DNA from: an uncultured archaeon
GTDB lineage: Archaea > Thermoplasmatota > Poseidoniia > MGIII > CAYLMJ01
NCBI GenBank assembly: GCA_964384995.1
Contig: CAYLMJ010000008.1
Location: 1,158 to 65,157 of the forward strand
Direction: 5' to 3'
DNA: 64,000 bases
How positions within the stretch are numbered: position 1 is the first letter of the stretch; each line of letters starts with the position of its first letter. Under the pieces are notes generated by a model. The model ran no database searches and was not told where the DNA came from. It saw only the letters and a list, made by a program, of their open reading frames with translations. Made by a program: the position numbers and the translations under genes. Positions 37,063-47,180 of the stretch are shown here, one piece after another.

Positions 37063-38385
37063 ATGGAAACAGACCACACGTTCCCCCTTTCACCAGCCCA
37101 GGTTCGCGAGGTGCTAAATGAGCTGCATTTCGATCCCGAACGCCTCTCCATCCGCGAGGTCAACCGCCTGGTCTTCAAGCTGGAACAGCAATTGGGTGTG
37201 CAATTCATCCGCATGGAGTTCGGCATCCCCAACCTCCCGGTATCCAATATCGCCACCCAGGCCGAGCAGGAGGCCATTGCCAAGGGCGTCGTGGCCCGCT
37301 ATCCCCCATTCGATGGCATCCCCGAGGTCAAGGAGGCCGGGGCGGCCTTCATCAAGGCCTTTTTGAACGTGGACCTGCCCATCCATTGCGTGGTCCCCAC
37401 CGTTGGCGCCATGCAGGGCGGCTTTGTGGCCCAGGCCATCGCCGGACGACGCTTCGATGATCGCAAGACCATCCTCTTCCTTGAGCCCAGCTTCCCGGTG
37501 ACCAAGCTCCAGACCTCGTTCCTGGGTCTGCGCTACGATGCCCTGGACCTCTACACCTACCGGGGCGAGGCCCTCATCGAGGCCGTGCGTCAGCGGTTCG
37601 AGGCGGGAGGCGTGGGGGGCATGATCTGGTCCAGTCCCAACAACCCCTCATGGATCTGCCTCCAGGAATCTGAGCTGGATGGTCTGGGAAAGCTCTGCGA
37701 CGAATTCGATGTGCTGGCCATCGAGGACCTGGCCTACATCGGGATGGACTTCCGCCGCGACTACAGCCAGCCCCATGAACCCCCCTTCGTCCCCACCATC
37801 GCCCGCCACACCCAGAACTACATCATGATCATCAGCAGTGCCAAGGTGTTCAACTACCCCGGCCAGCGCATCGGCATCGTGGGCATCTCGCCGGAGCTGT
37901 TCTACAAGTCCTACCCCGATCTGCGCCCCTGGTTCCAGACCGAGTTCCTGGGTCACGGTTACGTCCATGGCGGCATCTACTGCACCACCGCCGGGGTGGC
38001 CCACTCCGCCCAGTGGGGTCTGACGGCCCTGCTGAGAGCCGCGGTGTCGGGTGATATGGAGTTCCTTCAGGACGTCAAGGTCTACGGCGACCGGGCCCGC
38101 GAGTGCAAGAAGCTGTTCGCCGACCACGGTTTCAGCCTGGTCTACGACAATGACCTGGGCGAGCCCCTGGCCGACGGCTTCTACCTGACCCTGTCCTACC
38201 CCGGCATGGACGGCCGCAGGCTCCTGCTGGAGCTCATCCGCTATGGCATCAGCACCATCACCCTGGCCAGCACCGGCTCCATCAGGACCGAGGGGGTTCG
38301 CGCCTGCGTCTCCTTCACCACCGAGAACGAGTTCCCCCTGCTTCACGAACGTTTAAGCCAATTCCAGGAGGACCATCCGATATGA
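37063..38385 (+). CDS. PLP-dependent aminotransferase, class I/II
   Basis: Motifs: WSSPNNPSW and ISSAKVFNYPGQRIG (Lys-PLP motif). Alternative TTG start at 37045. Confidence 0.8.
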   Translation: METDHTFPLSPAQVREVLNELHFDPERLSIREVNRLVFKLEQQLGVQFIRMEFGIPNLPVSNIATQAEQEAIAKGVVARYPPFDGIPEVKEAGAAFIKAFLNVDLPIHCVVPTVGAMQGGFVAQAIAGRRFDDRKTILFLEPSFPVTKLQTSFLGLRYDALDLYTYRGEALIEAVRQRFEAGGVGGMIWSSPNNPSWICLQESELDGLGKLCDEFDVLAIEDLAYIGMDFRRDYSQPHEPPFVPTIARHTQNYIMIISSAKVFNYPGQRIGIVGISPELFYKSYPDLRPWFQTEFLGHGYVHGGIYCTTAGVAHSAQWGLTALLRAAVSGDMEFLQDVKVYGDRARECKKLFADHGFSLVYDNDLGEPLADGFYLTLSYPGMDGRRLLLELIRYGISTITLASTGSIRTEGVRACVSFTTENEFPLLHERLSQFQEDHPI

Positions 38386-39410
38386 TCCCGCCCGACAAGA
38401 TAGACTGGAACAGCCTGACCTTCTCCCACACCGCGACCCGCTCCATGTTCATGGCCCATTGCCAGCTGGATGGCGAGTGGGAATCCCAGGGAATCGTACC
38501 CTTTGGCGATATCAAGATCTCCCCGGCCGCAGGGGTGCTCAACTACGGCCAGGGCCTCTTCGAGGGCATGAAGGCCTATCGTTGCGAGGACGGACGGGTC
38601 CTGCTCTTCCGCCCCACGGAGAATGCCTTTCGTGCCGCCGCCGGCTGCCGCCGCCTCTGCATGCCAGAGGTATCGGAGGAGCTCTTCATGGAAGCGATCC
38701 ACAAGGTGGTCAAGGACAATTCAGACTACCTCCCCAAGCCCGGCAAGGGTGCCCTCTACATCCGCCCCGTGGTCTGGGGCACCGGACCCATTCTGGGCGT
38801 ATCACCGGCTCCATCGTACACCTTCTGCGTCTTCGTCAGTCCCGTGGGACCCTACTTCAAGACCGGCTTCCGCCCCATTCGCCTGCTGGTCACCACCGAT
38901 TATCATCGCGCCGCCCTGAAGGGCATCGGAGGCATCAAGGCCATCGGCAACTACTCCGCGGGGATGCTGCCGGCCAAGGGAGCCAAGGCCCAGGGCTATG
39001 CCGAGGTCATCTACCTCGATTCGGTCCGCGAGCGCTACGTTGAGGAGGTGGGCGCGGCCAACTTCTTCTGTCTCAACGACAACACGCTCATGACCCCCGC
39101 CCTCACCGGCTCCATCCTGCCCGGCGTGACCCGCAAGTCGGTGCTCCACCTGGGTCGCCACCGCTTCGGTCTTAACACGGTGGAGAAGCGCATCGACATC
39201 GATGAGGTCATGACCTCCGATGAGGCCTTCGGCACCGGAACGGCGGCCGTCATCACCCCCATCGGCTGGATTACCTATCGCGGCACCGAGCAGGCCATCA
39301 ACGAGGGCAAGGTTGGGGACATGTCACGAAAACTGTACGACGCCCTCACGGCCATCCAGACCGGTGAGGCCGAGGACGAGTTCGGCTGGACCGAAGAGGT
39401 GAAGGTCTAA
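38382..39410 (+). CDS. ilvE: Branched-chain amino acid aminotransferase (class IV)
   Basis: ATGA overlap with the upstream gene. Motifs: NYGQGLFEGMKAYR, LYIRP, GGIKAIGNYSAG, EVGAANFF, and ILPGVTR. Confidence 0.85.
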   Translation: MIPPDKIDWNSLTFSHTATRSMFMAHCQLDGEWESQGIVPFGDIKISPAAGVLNYGQGLFEGMKAYRCEDGRVLLFRPTENAFRAAAGCRRLCMPEVSEELFMEAIHKVVKDNSDYLPKPGKGALYIRPVVWGTGPILGVSPAPSYTFCVFVSPVGPYFKTGFRPIRLLVTTDYHRAALKGIGGIKAIGNYSAGMLPAKGAKAQGYAEVIYLDSVRERYVEEVGAANFFCLNDNTLMTPALTGSILPGVTRKSVLHLGRHRFGLNTVEKRIDIDEVMTSDEAFGTGTAAVITPIGWITYRGTEQAINEGKVGDMSRKLYDALTAIQTGEAEDEFGWTEEVKV

Positions 39411-39466
39411 TACCGGACCCTGGGACCCTGATATTCCATCCCGATCCGAACTGACAGTTCACTCCG

Positions 39467-39904
39467 CTACCTCGGGTCCCGGTCCCCAGATTCCTCGATG
39501 GCTTTGACCAGCTCCGCTTGGAGCTCTTCGGCTCGCCCCTTGGGATAGGGACTGCCCTTCCAGCCCCAGGGACGCTGGTCGTCCTTGTACCTGGGAAAGA
39601 GGTGGAAATGGATGTGGAACACCACCTGACCCGCCGCCGGTCCATTGTTTTGCAACAGGTTCACGCCATCGGCCCCCCAGCCCTTGAGCCCCCTGGTGAT
39701 CCTGGCCGCCGTGGTCATGCAGGCCTCAAGCACCTCGGTGGGAGCGTCGGTGAGGTCGGTGCAATGCTCCTTGGGGATGACCAGGGTGTGACCCTCCACC
39801 GCCGGACTGATGTCCAGGAAGGCCAGGGTGTGTTCATCCTCGTGGACCTTGGAGCAGGGTATCTCGCCGGCCACTATCTTGCAGAATATACAGTCAGTGC
39901 TCAT
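39467..39904 (-). CDS. HIT-family nucleotide hydrolase/transferase
   Basis: Start at MSTDCIFCKI. Histidine triad HIHFHLFP. Confidence 0.85.
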   Translation of the reverse strand: MSTDCIFCKIVAGEIPCSKVHEDEHTLAFLDISPAVEGHTLVIPKEHCTDLTDAPTEVLEACMTTAARITRGLKGWGADGVNLLQNNGPAAGQVVFHIHFHLFPRYKDDQRPWGWKGSPYPKGRAEELQAELVKAIEESGDRDPR

Positions 39905-39905
39905 G

Positions 39906-40454
39906 TTATTTCGCCTCATGTTCAGGGCCCTTAAAGGGCAGATGGACACCTGCTTTTACGAAAGCCCGGGTGACCTGCTCCAGGGTCTCATCGACGGTGC
40001 GGGCGGTCGTGACCCCTTCTATCTCCCAGCTGGAGAGGGCGATCACCGGCCGGCCGTAGATCTTGGCGAAGCCCAGCTCGGTGAGGGTGCCGTAAGCGCC
40101 CCCCACAGCCACCACCACATCACCGTTGAGGGCCACCATCTGGTTCCTGGCGTGGCCCAGGCCGGTGGCGATGCTAACCTCCACCCAGGGGTTCGCCTCC
40201 TCACGTTCAAAGCCCGGCAGGATCCCCAGGGTCAGGCCTCCCTCCTCCCTGGCCCCCCGGCAGACACCCTCCATGACCCCGTCCAAGCCACCGCAGACAA
40301 CTTCCACGCCCAACCGGGCCAGACCGCGTCCCAGCTGCCGGGCCAGCTCATAGAGCTCATCATCGGCCGAGCCGGCACCGATCACGGCAACCCTGGGGCG
40401 TGTGATGGACTCGCCCTCCCTGGGTCCAGAGGTCTCATCAAGTTCTGGGGTCAT
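39906..40454 (-). CDS. TIGR00725/LOG-like (SLOG) Rossmann-fold protein
   Basis: Motifs: VAVIGAGS, VVCGGLDGVMEGVCRGA, and VAVGGAYGTLTELG. Confidence 0.75.
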   Translation of the reverse strand: MTPELDETSGPREGESITRPRVAVIGAGSADDELYELARQLGRGLARLGVEVVCGGLDGVMEGVCRGAREEGGLTLGILPGFEREEANPWVEVSIATGLGHARNQMVALNGDVVVAVGGAYGTLTELGFAKIYGRPVIALSSWEIEGVTTARTVDETLEQVTRAFVKAGVHLPFKGPEHEAK

Positions 40455-40553
40455 GACCCCGCAGAGGTCTTCTGTCGATTAGCTTTGCGGATGTTGGTCC
40501 TTGGATTGCAACGGTCATTTTTCCAACGTTGACGCCCCAGGGCCCCTTCGGGT

Positions 40554-41675
40554 TCAGCAGATCCGGGGCAACTGCTCCCCCGACAGCATGTCCACGATGC
40601 GCGAGCCGCCGATCTTGGACCGCTGGACCACCTGGCCGGAATGGGCCGATACCACCCGCCCCACGGCGGCTGCCCCCTCACCACCGGGTACTTCCCGCAT
40701 GGCCCGCAGGACGGTTTCCGCCGAATCGGCTGGTACAAAGGCCACGAAGCGTCCCTCGTTGGCCACGTAGAGGGGGTCGAATCCCAGGATCTCACAGGCC
40801 CCCTGCACTTCCTCCCGAACCGGGATATCAGCCTCCTCGATCTCGATGCCCACACCGGCGGCAGTGGCTATCTCGTTGAGCCCGCTGGCCAGACCCCCCC
40901 GGGTAAGGTCTCGCAGGCAGTGGAGGGGCTCACCGGTGTTCAGCATGGCTTCAACCAGGGGCCACAGCGGAGCGGTGTCCGACTCGATGGAGGTCTCGAA
41001 CTCCAATCCCTCCCGCACCGAGATTATGGCCACGCCGTGGCTTCCGATATCACCCGATACGATCACCACATCACCTGGTCGTACCGACGAGGGATGGATG
41101 GTCTGACCATGCTCCACGACCCCTACCCCGGCGGTGTTGATGTAGACCCCGTCACCCTTGCCCTGGTCCACAACCTTGGTGTCTCCGGTGATGATGGTGA
41201 CCTTGGCTTCCAGGGCCGCCCGGGCCGTGGCTTCCACCACCCGTTGCAATGTCTCCATGGGCAGGCCCTCCTCCAGGATGAGACCCAGGCTGAGGTAGAG
41301 CGGACGGGCTCCACACATGGCCAGATCGTTGGCCGTTCCGTTGATGGCCAGATCGCCGATGGAGCCACCGGGAAAGAAGAGCGGATGGACCACGTAGGAG
41401 TCGGTGGAGAAGGCCAGGCGGCCGGTATCGCCGCCATCGCGGTCGGCAAGGCCAAGGGCCGCCTGGTCCAGCACCGCGCCATCGTGGGTATTGGTCAGAC
41501 CGATGTCGGTGGTGTCGGCGGGGGCGAAGGCCGGGCGCAGGAACTCCTCGATGAGCTCGTTCATCAGGTGTCCTCCGCCGCCATGGGCCAGCTGGACCTT
41601 GTCGTACCTTGAGATGGGCAGGGGACAGGAGATCCCGGCCATATCGGGCTTTTTAACCTCATCGTCGTGACTCAT
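40554..41675 (-). CDS. hypE: [NiFe] hydrogenase maturation protein HypE
   Basis: Start at MSHDDE, an ATGA overlap with hypD. Motif: [19 protein letters not shown]-synthase fold. C-terminal ...GEQLPRIC. Confidence 0.9.
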   Translation of the reverse strand: MSHDDEVKKPDMAGISCPLPISRYDKVQLAHGGGGHLMNELIEEFLRPAFAPADTTDIGLTNTHDGAVLDQAALGLADRDGGDTGRLAFSTDSYVVHPLFFPGGSIGDLAINGTANDLAMCGARPLYLSLGLILEEGLPMETLQRVVEATARAALEAKVTIITGDTKVVDQGKGDGVYINTAGVGVVEHGQTIHPSSVRPGDVVIVSGDIGSHGVAIISVREGLEFETSIESDTAPLWPLVEAMLNTGEPLHCLRDLTRGGLASGLNEIATAAGVGIEIEEADIPVREEVQGACEILGFDPLYVANEGRFVAFVPADSAETVLRAMREVPGGEGAAAVGRVVSAHSGQVVQRSKIGGSRIVDMLSGEQLPRIC

Positions 41676-42775
41676 GCTCTCACCTCGGCCTCGGTTCCCC
41701 GGTATCGATAATAGGCCGCGCAGGCTCCCTCGGCCGATACCATCGTGGCTCCCAGGGGATTCTCGGGAGTGCATTTGGTCCCAAAGGCTGGACACTCGGG
41801 TGGCTTCAGGAGGCCCTGGAGCACCAGGCCGCTCTGGCATTCGGGAGGCTCGGGCACCTCGATGTCGGCCAAGCCAAATCGGGTCGAGGCATCATAGCTG
41901 GCGTACTCATCGGCCAGCCCCAGTCCAGAGCCCGGTATCTCACCGATGCCCCGCCACTTGCGGTTGACCACCACAAAGACCTTCTCGACCACACTCCGGG
42001 CCTGGGGATTCCCTTCGGCCTTCACCGCCCGCAGGTACTGGTTCTCCACCTCGGTGCGCCCCTCTTCCAGCTGACGCACGGTCATCAGAATGCCCTGGAG
42101 CAGGTCCAGTGGTTCGAAACCGGTGACCACTATGGGCACCTTGTACCTGGCGGCTATGGGCCGATACTCGGTGTATCCCATCACCGTGCAAACGTGTCCT
42201 GCCGCCAGAAATCCCTGGACCAGGCAATCGGGCGAGGACAGCAGGGCCTCCATGGCCGGAGGCACCAGGACATGGCTCATCAGCAGGGAGAAATTATCCA
42301 GCTTCTGCTGGGCCGCCTGCCACACCGCCATGGCGTTGGCCGGAGCCGTGGTCTCGAAGCCCACGGCAAAGAAGACCACCTGACGGTCGGGATTCTCACG
42401 GGCCAGCTTCACCGCCTCCAGGGGCGAGTAGAGGATCCGGATGTCGCCTCCCTCTGACTTGACGGTGAAGAGGTCCTTGGCCGAGCCTGGCACCCGCAGC
42501 ATGTCACCGAAGGTGGTGAAAATGACCTCGGGCCGGGAGGCGATGTCGATGGCGGCGTCGATGAGCTCCAGGGGTGTGACGCAGACGGGACAGCCCGGGC
42601 CATGGACCATGGTAATCTTGTCGGGCAACAGCTCGGGGATGCCGTAGCGCATCAGGGCATGGGTCTGCCCCCCGCACACCTCCATGATGGTCCACGGCCG
42701 GGTGGTTATCCGGTGCAGGGCCTCGCTGTACTCGCGGGCCTTGTCGGGGTCGCGGTACTCCTCCAGGTACTTCAT
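41672..42775 (-). CDS. hypD: [NiFe] hydrogenase maturation protein HypD
   Basis: Motifs: [20 protein letters not shown], and FETT. Confidence 0.9.
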   Translation of the reverse strand: MKYLEEYRDPDKAREYSEALHRITTRPWTIMEVCGGQTHALMRYGIPELLPDKITMVHGPGCPVCVTPLELIDAAIDIASRPEVIFTTFGDMLRVPGSAKDLFTVKSEGGDIRILYSPLEAVKLARENPDRQVVFFAVGFETTAPANAMAVWQAAQQKLDNFSLLMSHVLVPPAMEALLSSPDCLVQGFLAAGHVCTVMGYTEYRPIAARYKVPIVVTGFEPLDLLQGILMTVRQLEEGRTEVENQYLRAVKAEGNPQARSVVEKVFVVVNRKWRGIGEIPGSGLGLADEYASYDASTRFGLADIEVPEPPECQSGLVLQGLLKPPECPAFGTKCTPENPLGATMVSAEGACAAYYRYRGTEAEVRA

Positions 42776-43053
42776 TGGCCGCTCCCGCCATCCGCTCCGG
42801 TCTCAGCGGCCAGGGCCTCTTCCAGTTCACCCAGCTCCTCAAGGTAGGCGAAGACCTCGTTGGCCTCCTCCTCATCCAGCTTCTGCAGGGCAAACCCCAC
42901 ATGGACGATGACGTAGTCGTTCACCTCGACATCGGGTACTGCGGCGATGCAGACCTCCTTCAGGATGCCGCCGAAGCTGACCTTGGCCATTCGGCTTTCA
43001 GGGGGGGTTGAGGCGTCGATGGACACGACCTTGCCGGGCACTGCCAAGCACAT
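42772..43053 (-). CDS. hypC: [NiFe] hydrogenase maturation chaperone HypC
   Basis: N-terminal MCLAVPGKV, with essential Cys2. 4-nt overlap with hypD. Confidence 0.9.
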   Translation of the reverse strand: MCLAVPGKVVSIDASTPPESRMAKVSFGGILKEVCIAAVPDVEVNDYVIVHVGFALQKLDEEEANEVFAYLEELGELEEALAAETGADGGSGQ

Positions 43054-43192
43054 TCAGAGAACCTCCTGGTTCCAGGTTCTTCTGCATTCTGGGATTGGGC
43101 ACATGGTGAGAGGCACCGCCGATGAAGGCTCACTATCGGCTTTAATACTAACCCTGTCACAGTAAGGTCTTTTAGAACTCTTAGAGATCAAT

Positions 43193-45520
43193 TCAGGACT
43201 TGGAAATGTAGGCTCCGATCACAGCCTGACCCAGGGCGATGCCGCCGTCGTTGGGCGGTACCCGCTGATGGGTGTAGACCGCGAATCCCTCCTCATTGAG
43301 CCGTGTGACCGTCCGCTCCAGCAGGTAGCGGTTCTGAAAACAGCCTCCCGATAGCACCACGTTGTGTTCATCGATATGCTGGGCGGCGCTCACGATGCCC
43401 TCCACCAGGCCATTGTGGAAGCGGGCCGCTATCTTGGCCGGTTCGACCCCCTTGCCCAGGTCGTTCCTGACGTGTTCCACCATCCGCCACCATTCCAGCT
43501 GGAACCTGGCCTTCCGCCTGCTGGGAGAGATCGGCATGGGATAGGCCCACTGTTTGGCCGCCTCACTGGCCGGCGGCAGGATGAACTCCAGGGCCATGGC
43601 CGCCTGTCCCTCAAAGGCATTCTTCCGCTTTAGTCCCAGCAGAGCCGATACCCCATCGAATAGACGACCCGCGCTGGTGGTCACCGGGGCGTTGTAACCC
43701 TTTTCCAGCATCGCCGTGAGGGTGGCCAGTTCCGAGGCACCAAAGCCCAGGGCTTCAGTTCCCCCTTCGGCCTCGATATCCATCTCATGGAGCAGGGCCA
43801 GCGCCGATCGCCGGGGCTCCCTGGCCGCCATGTCGCCTCCCGGCAGACGGAAGGGTTGCAGGTGACCCACTCGCTCGAAACCGGTGGGGTCTCCCAGCAG
43901 GAACTCACCGCCCCACACCGTGCCATCGGGACCGTAGCCGGTGCCGTCCCAGGAGACTCCCAGCACCGGGCCGGTCAGGTCGTTCTCGGCCATGGCCGAG
44001 GCGATGTGGGCCTCGTGATGCTGGACCTTGATCAAGGTCAGGCCACGTTGGGTTGCAAGCTCCCGGGCAAAGCGGGAGCAGAGATGATCGGGATGCAGGT
44101 CGCAGGCCACCAGCCCGGGCTCGAACTCCAGCAGTTCGCTCAGGTCCTGGATGACCCGCTCGAAGGCGTTGTAGGCCTCGGTGGTGGCCAGGTCCCCGAT
44201 ATGCTGGGAGAGGAAGACCCGGCCGCCGGTGGCAAGGGCCACGCTGTTCTTCAGGTGGGCTCCCACCGCCAGGACCTCGCTGTTGGCCAGGGTGTCGGCC
44301 AAGAGGCCGGGACTGAAGGTCAGGGGCAGGGGAGCGTAACCGCGGGCCCGGCGGAGTACCAGCTCCCGTCCGTTGACGAAGCGCACGATGGAGTCATCCA
44401 CATGGCGCAGGATGGGCCTGTCGTGGACCAGGAACACATCGGCGATGCTTCCCAGCCGTTCCAGGGCCTCCCGCTCCCCGATGGCCATGGGTTCCTCCGA
44501 CAGGTTGCCCGAGGTGGCCACCACCGGGTAGCCCAGCTCGGTCATGAGCAGGTGATGCAGGGGGGTGTATGGCAGCATGACCCCCAGGTAGGGATTGCCC
44601 GGTGCCACATTGGGCGCCAGGCCCTCATGTTGGGCCCTCCTTCGCAAAAGAACGATGGGGCTCTCCGGGGCCTGGAGCGAGCGGGCCTCATCCACCGAGA
44701 CCCGGCAGGCCTCCTTCACACCCTTCATGTCAGGGAACATCAACGCCAGGGGCTTCTCCTCGCGATGCTTGCGCTCCCGCAGTCGTGCCACCGCCCTCTC
44801 ATCCCGCGCGTCCACCAGCAGTTGGTAGCCGCCAAGTCCCTTGAGGGCCACGATCCTGCCCTGGCCGATGGCGGTGGCAGCCTCCTCCAGGGCCTCCTCT
44901 CTCCGTGCCAGTACCTCACCCTGTTCATCCCATAGCTCCAACCGGGGTCCACAGGCCGGGCAGGCGTTGGGCTGGGCATGGAACCGGCGGTCCTCGGGAT
45001 TTTTATACTCATCGTCGCAAACAGGACATAACTTGAAACCAGCCATGGTGGTCATGGGCCGGTCGTATGGCAGACCCGAGATGATGGAGTAGCGGGGACC
45101 GCAGTTGGTGCAGTTGGTGAAGGGATAGCCACAGCGCCGGTTGCCCCTTTCGAGGATGTCGGAGCGGCAGTCGGCACAGGTGGCCACATCGGGCAGGACC
45201 AGCACCGTGGGCGCCCCTTCCCCCGCACTCTCTTCGATCCTGAATTCGGTGAAACCCACCGCGTCAAGCCATGAGGCCTCCAGGCTCAGGATGACGGCCA
45301 AGGGCGGCCTTTCGGCCTCCAGGCGGGACAGGAGATCCCGCAGCCGTTCGACCGGTCCTTCCACCTCGATCTGGACCCCGGAGGCGTCGTTGATGACCCA
45401 GCCGGCGAGGTCAAGCTCGGTGGCCAGACGGTAGACGAAGGGTCGAAAGCCGACACCCTGGACGGCCCCGTGGATGATGACCCTCAGCCGGTGTCCATGA
45501 CCTTCCTCGGGACCCATCAT
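43193..45520 (-). CDS. hypF: Carbamoyltransferase HypF
   Basis: Acylphosphatase domain (VQGVGFRPFVYRLA). Two CxxC-x18-CxxC zinc fingers. YrdC-like and Kae1-like domains. Confidence 0.9.
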   Translation of the reverse strand: MMGPEEGHGHRLRVIIHGAVQGVGFRPFVYRLATELDLAGWVINDASGVQIEVEGPVERLRDLLSRLEAERPPLAVILSLEASWLDAVGFTEFRIEESAGEGAPTVLVLPDVATCADCRSDILERGNRRCGYPFTNCTNCGPRYSIISGLPYDRPMTTMAGFKLCPVCDDEYKNPEDRRFHAQPNACPACGPRLELWDEQGEVLARREEALEEAATAIGQGRIVALKGLGGYQLLVDARDERAVARLRERKHREEKPLALMFPDMKGVKEACRVSVDEARSLQAPESPIVLLRRRAQHEGLAPNVAPGNPYLGVMLPYTPLHHLLMTELGYPVVATSGNLSEEPMAIGEREALERLGSIADVFLVHDRPILRHVDDSIVRFVNGRELVLRRARGYAPLPLTFSPGLLADTLANSEVLAVGAHLKNSVALATGGRVFLSQHIGDLATTEAYNAFERVIQDLSELLEFEPGLVACDLHPDHLCSRFARELATQRGLTLIKVQHHEAHIASAMAENDLTGPVLGVSWDGTGYGPDGTVWGGEFLLGDPTGFERVGHLQPFRLPGGDMAAREPRRSALALLHEMDIEAEGGTEALGFGASELATLTAMLEKGYNAPVTTSAGRLFDGVSALLGLKRKNAFEGQAAMALEFILPPASEAAKQWAYPMPISPSRRKARFQLEWWRMVEHVRNDLGKGVEPAKIAARFHNGLVEGIVSAAQHIDEHNVVLSGGCFQNRYLLERTVTRLNEEGFAVYTHQRVPPNDGGIALGQAVIGAYISKS

Positions 45521-45628
45521 GCCTCCTCTTGGTAACTTCTGCCGCCTCCCCCTCGGAGCCCGGTGACCTTGGCGCCTCGATCGCGTACAATGGATGTGAC
45601 AGCGACCAGAAGCACCGACGGGGACATC

Positions 45629-46009
45629 CTACTTTTCCAGCTCCAGCTCCATGTCCCGTACAATGACCCCTGAGCCGCCGATGACCTCGGGCACCTCGCC
45701 GCATTTGGGGCACTCCAGTGGAGGCAGGTTGTGATGGTCCTCCTCGGCGCCGGGCGGCAGCTCCACCGGACCCTTGTAGTCACAGGCCGAACAGCCCACG
45801 GTGGCCGGGACCCGGACTATCTCCAGCTCGCAGCCCTCCAAGGGCGAGTCGGGGGCGATCATCTCGAACGAGTGGCGCAGGGGCTCGTTGCCCACGAACG
45901 ACAGCTCCCCCACCTCCAGCTTGAGCCTGATGACCCGCAAAGCCTTGTGCTTCTTGGCCAGGGCCAGGGCCGAGTCAAAGACACTCTGGGCCATGGAATA
46001 CTCGTGCAT
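45629..46009 (-). CDS. hypA: Hydrogenase nickel-insertion protein HypA
   Basis: Start at MHEYSMAQSV. Zinc site CSAC...CPKC. TATA-like CTTTAAAG about 35 nt upstream. Confidence 0.85.
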   Translation of the reverse strand: MHEYSMAQSVFDSALALAKKHKALRVIRLKLEVGELSFVGNEPLRHSFEMIAPDSPLEGCELEIVRVPATVGCSACDYKGPVELPPGAEEDHHNLPPLECPKCGEVPEVIGGSGVIVRDMELELEK

Positions 46010-46122
46010 GTGTATCACGCAGGCCAGCGGCCCGGGAGGCTTTAAAGGGAGGTGGGCGCAGTTGTTTCCATCAGGGTCTTGCCTGGGACCTGGACCGCGT
46101 CCCACCCCAAAGCTTATTACGG

Positions 46123-46142
46123 ATTTCCCACTTGTGGGAAAT
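46123..46142. promoter_or_regulatory. Perfect palindrome ATTTCCCAC-TT-GTGGGAAAT in the hypA / RadB-like divergent intergenic region
   Basis: 9-bp arms read directly. Confidence 0.45.
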
Positions 46143-46286
46143 TCCGTGAAACCCGACAGTGAGACAACACCAGCCAGTATAGCCCGACAGCCGCCCCGCC
46201 GCAGTGGCAATGCGGGCCCCACCCTCGGCCCTGGGGCTGAGACGGCCTCCGACAACGATCCCGGAGAGGCTCCTTCGGAGACCGTC

Positions 46287-47114
46287 ATGAAGCGAGGGCG
46301 GTTGATGCCAGTGGCCCTGCCGGCGGCGGCCCTCTACCAGTGGCTGGCCCAGGGCGTCATGGAGCTGGACTGTCACGGAGTGATGGTGGACGGCGCCAGC
46401 ACCGCCAACCCCTACGCCCTGGTGGCGGCGGCCAAGGCCCTGGACCTTCCGGTGGACGAGGTGACCCGGCGGGTCCATGTGGTTCGGGGCTTCACCGCCC
46501 ACCAGCTGGAGCGGCTCTGCACCCATGACCTGCCCGAGCTGGCCCTGGAACTGGGAGCCCAGGGGCGGCGACTGGGCCTGGTCTGGCTCTCGGGGCTGAG
46601 CCTCTTCGAGGGCGATGACCAGCTCCAGCCCTTTGAGGGCGAGGCTCTGCGCGGCCGCTCCCTGAAGGCCATGGCCCGGCTGGTGAATCGGAACTGGGCC
46701 TTCGGCATCCTGACGGCCGCCGCCGGCCGCGGCTACGGCCACACCGGTCCGGGAGGGCCCGGGACCAGGTATCGGATAGAGTTCACACAGGAGGAGTGCA
46801 GAGTGGGACGTAGCTTACCCTCGTATCGCAATCAGCTTGAACACACCCTGGGCCGCTGGCAGGCCTACCGCCGGGCCCTCTCGCCCCGCGAGCGACCCTT
46901 CTTCGACCGGGTGACGGCCATGGCCCGGGCCCATGCCGCCCAGGGCGCTTACCTGGGCTCCGTGGACCCCATCGAGCCGGTGCTGCTGGCGGTCCTGGTG
47001 GAGCAGGAGAAGCGGCTGGAGGCCCTGGAGGGCCGACGGACCTTGGAGGCCCATTCGGCCCCGCGCACCGACGAGGAAACCCCGACCAGGGTGACTCCGG
47101 GCGACCGGGGATGA
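46287..47114 (+). CDS. RadA/RadB (RecA-superfamily)-like protein lacking Walker A and B, with helical C-terminal extension
   Basis: Pattern match to RadB. VMVDGASTANPYALVAAAKALDLPVDEVTRRVHVVRGFTAHQ resembles V.VDTEG.F.PERL...A...GL...E.L..I.V.RA....Q. GLVWLSGLSLF sits at the Walker B position. No GxxxxGK[ST] is present. Start at 46287 or 46305. Confidence 0.55.
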   Translation: MKRGRLMPVALPAAALYQWLAQGVMELDCHGVMVDGASTANPYALVAAAKALDLPVDEVTRRVHVVRGFTAHQLERLCTHDLPELALELGAQGRRLGLVWLSGLSLFEGDDQLQPFEGEALRGRSLKAMARLVNRNWAFGILTAAAGRGYGHTGPGGPGTRYRIEFTQEECRVGRSLPSYRNQLEHTLGRWQAYRRALSPRERPFFDRVTAMARAHAAQGAYLGSVDPIEPVLLAVLVEQEKRLEALEGRRTLEAHSAPRTDEETPTRVTPGDRG

Positions 47115-47180
47115 GGGGCGGGGGGCGAGGCCATCGAGGGCTGGCTGCTGGACGTCCACGCTCTGCCCCGCCGGGAGAAG

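Noticed and set aside
47112-47114. TGA as selenocysteine or a reassigned sense codon
   Set aside because: TGA is used as the terminator at many well-supported gene ends in this window, including the ATGA junctions. No SECIS-like evidence was examined. Read-through remains only one of several options in the related finding.
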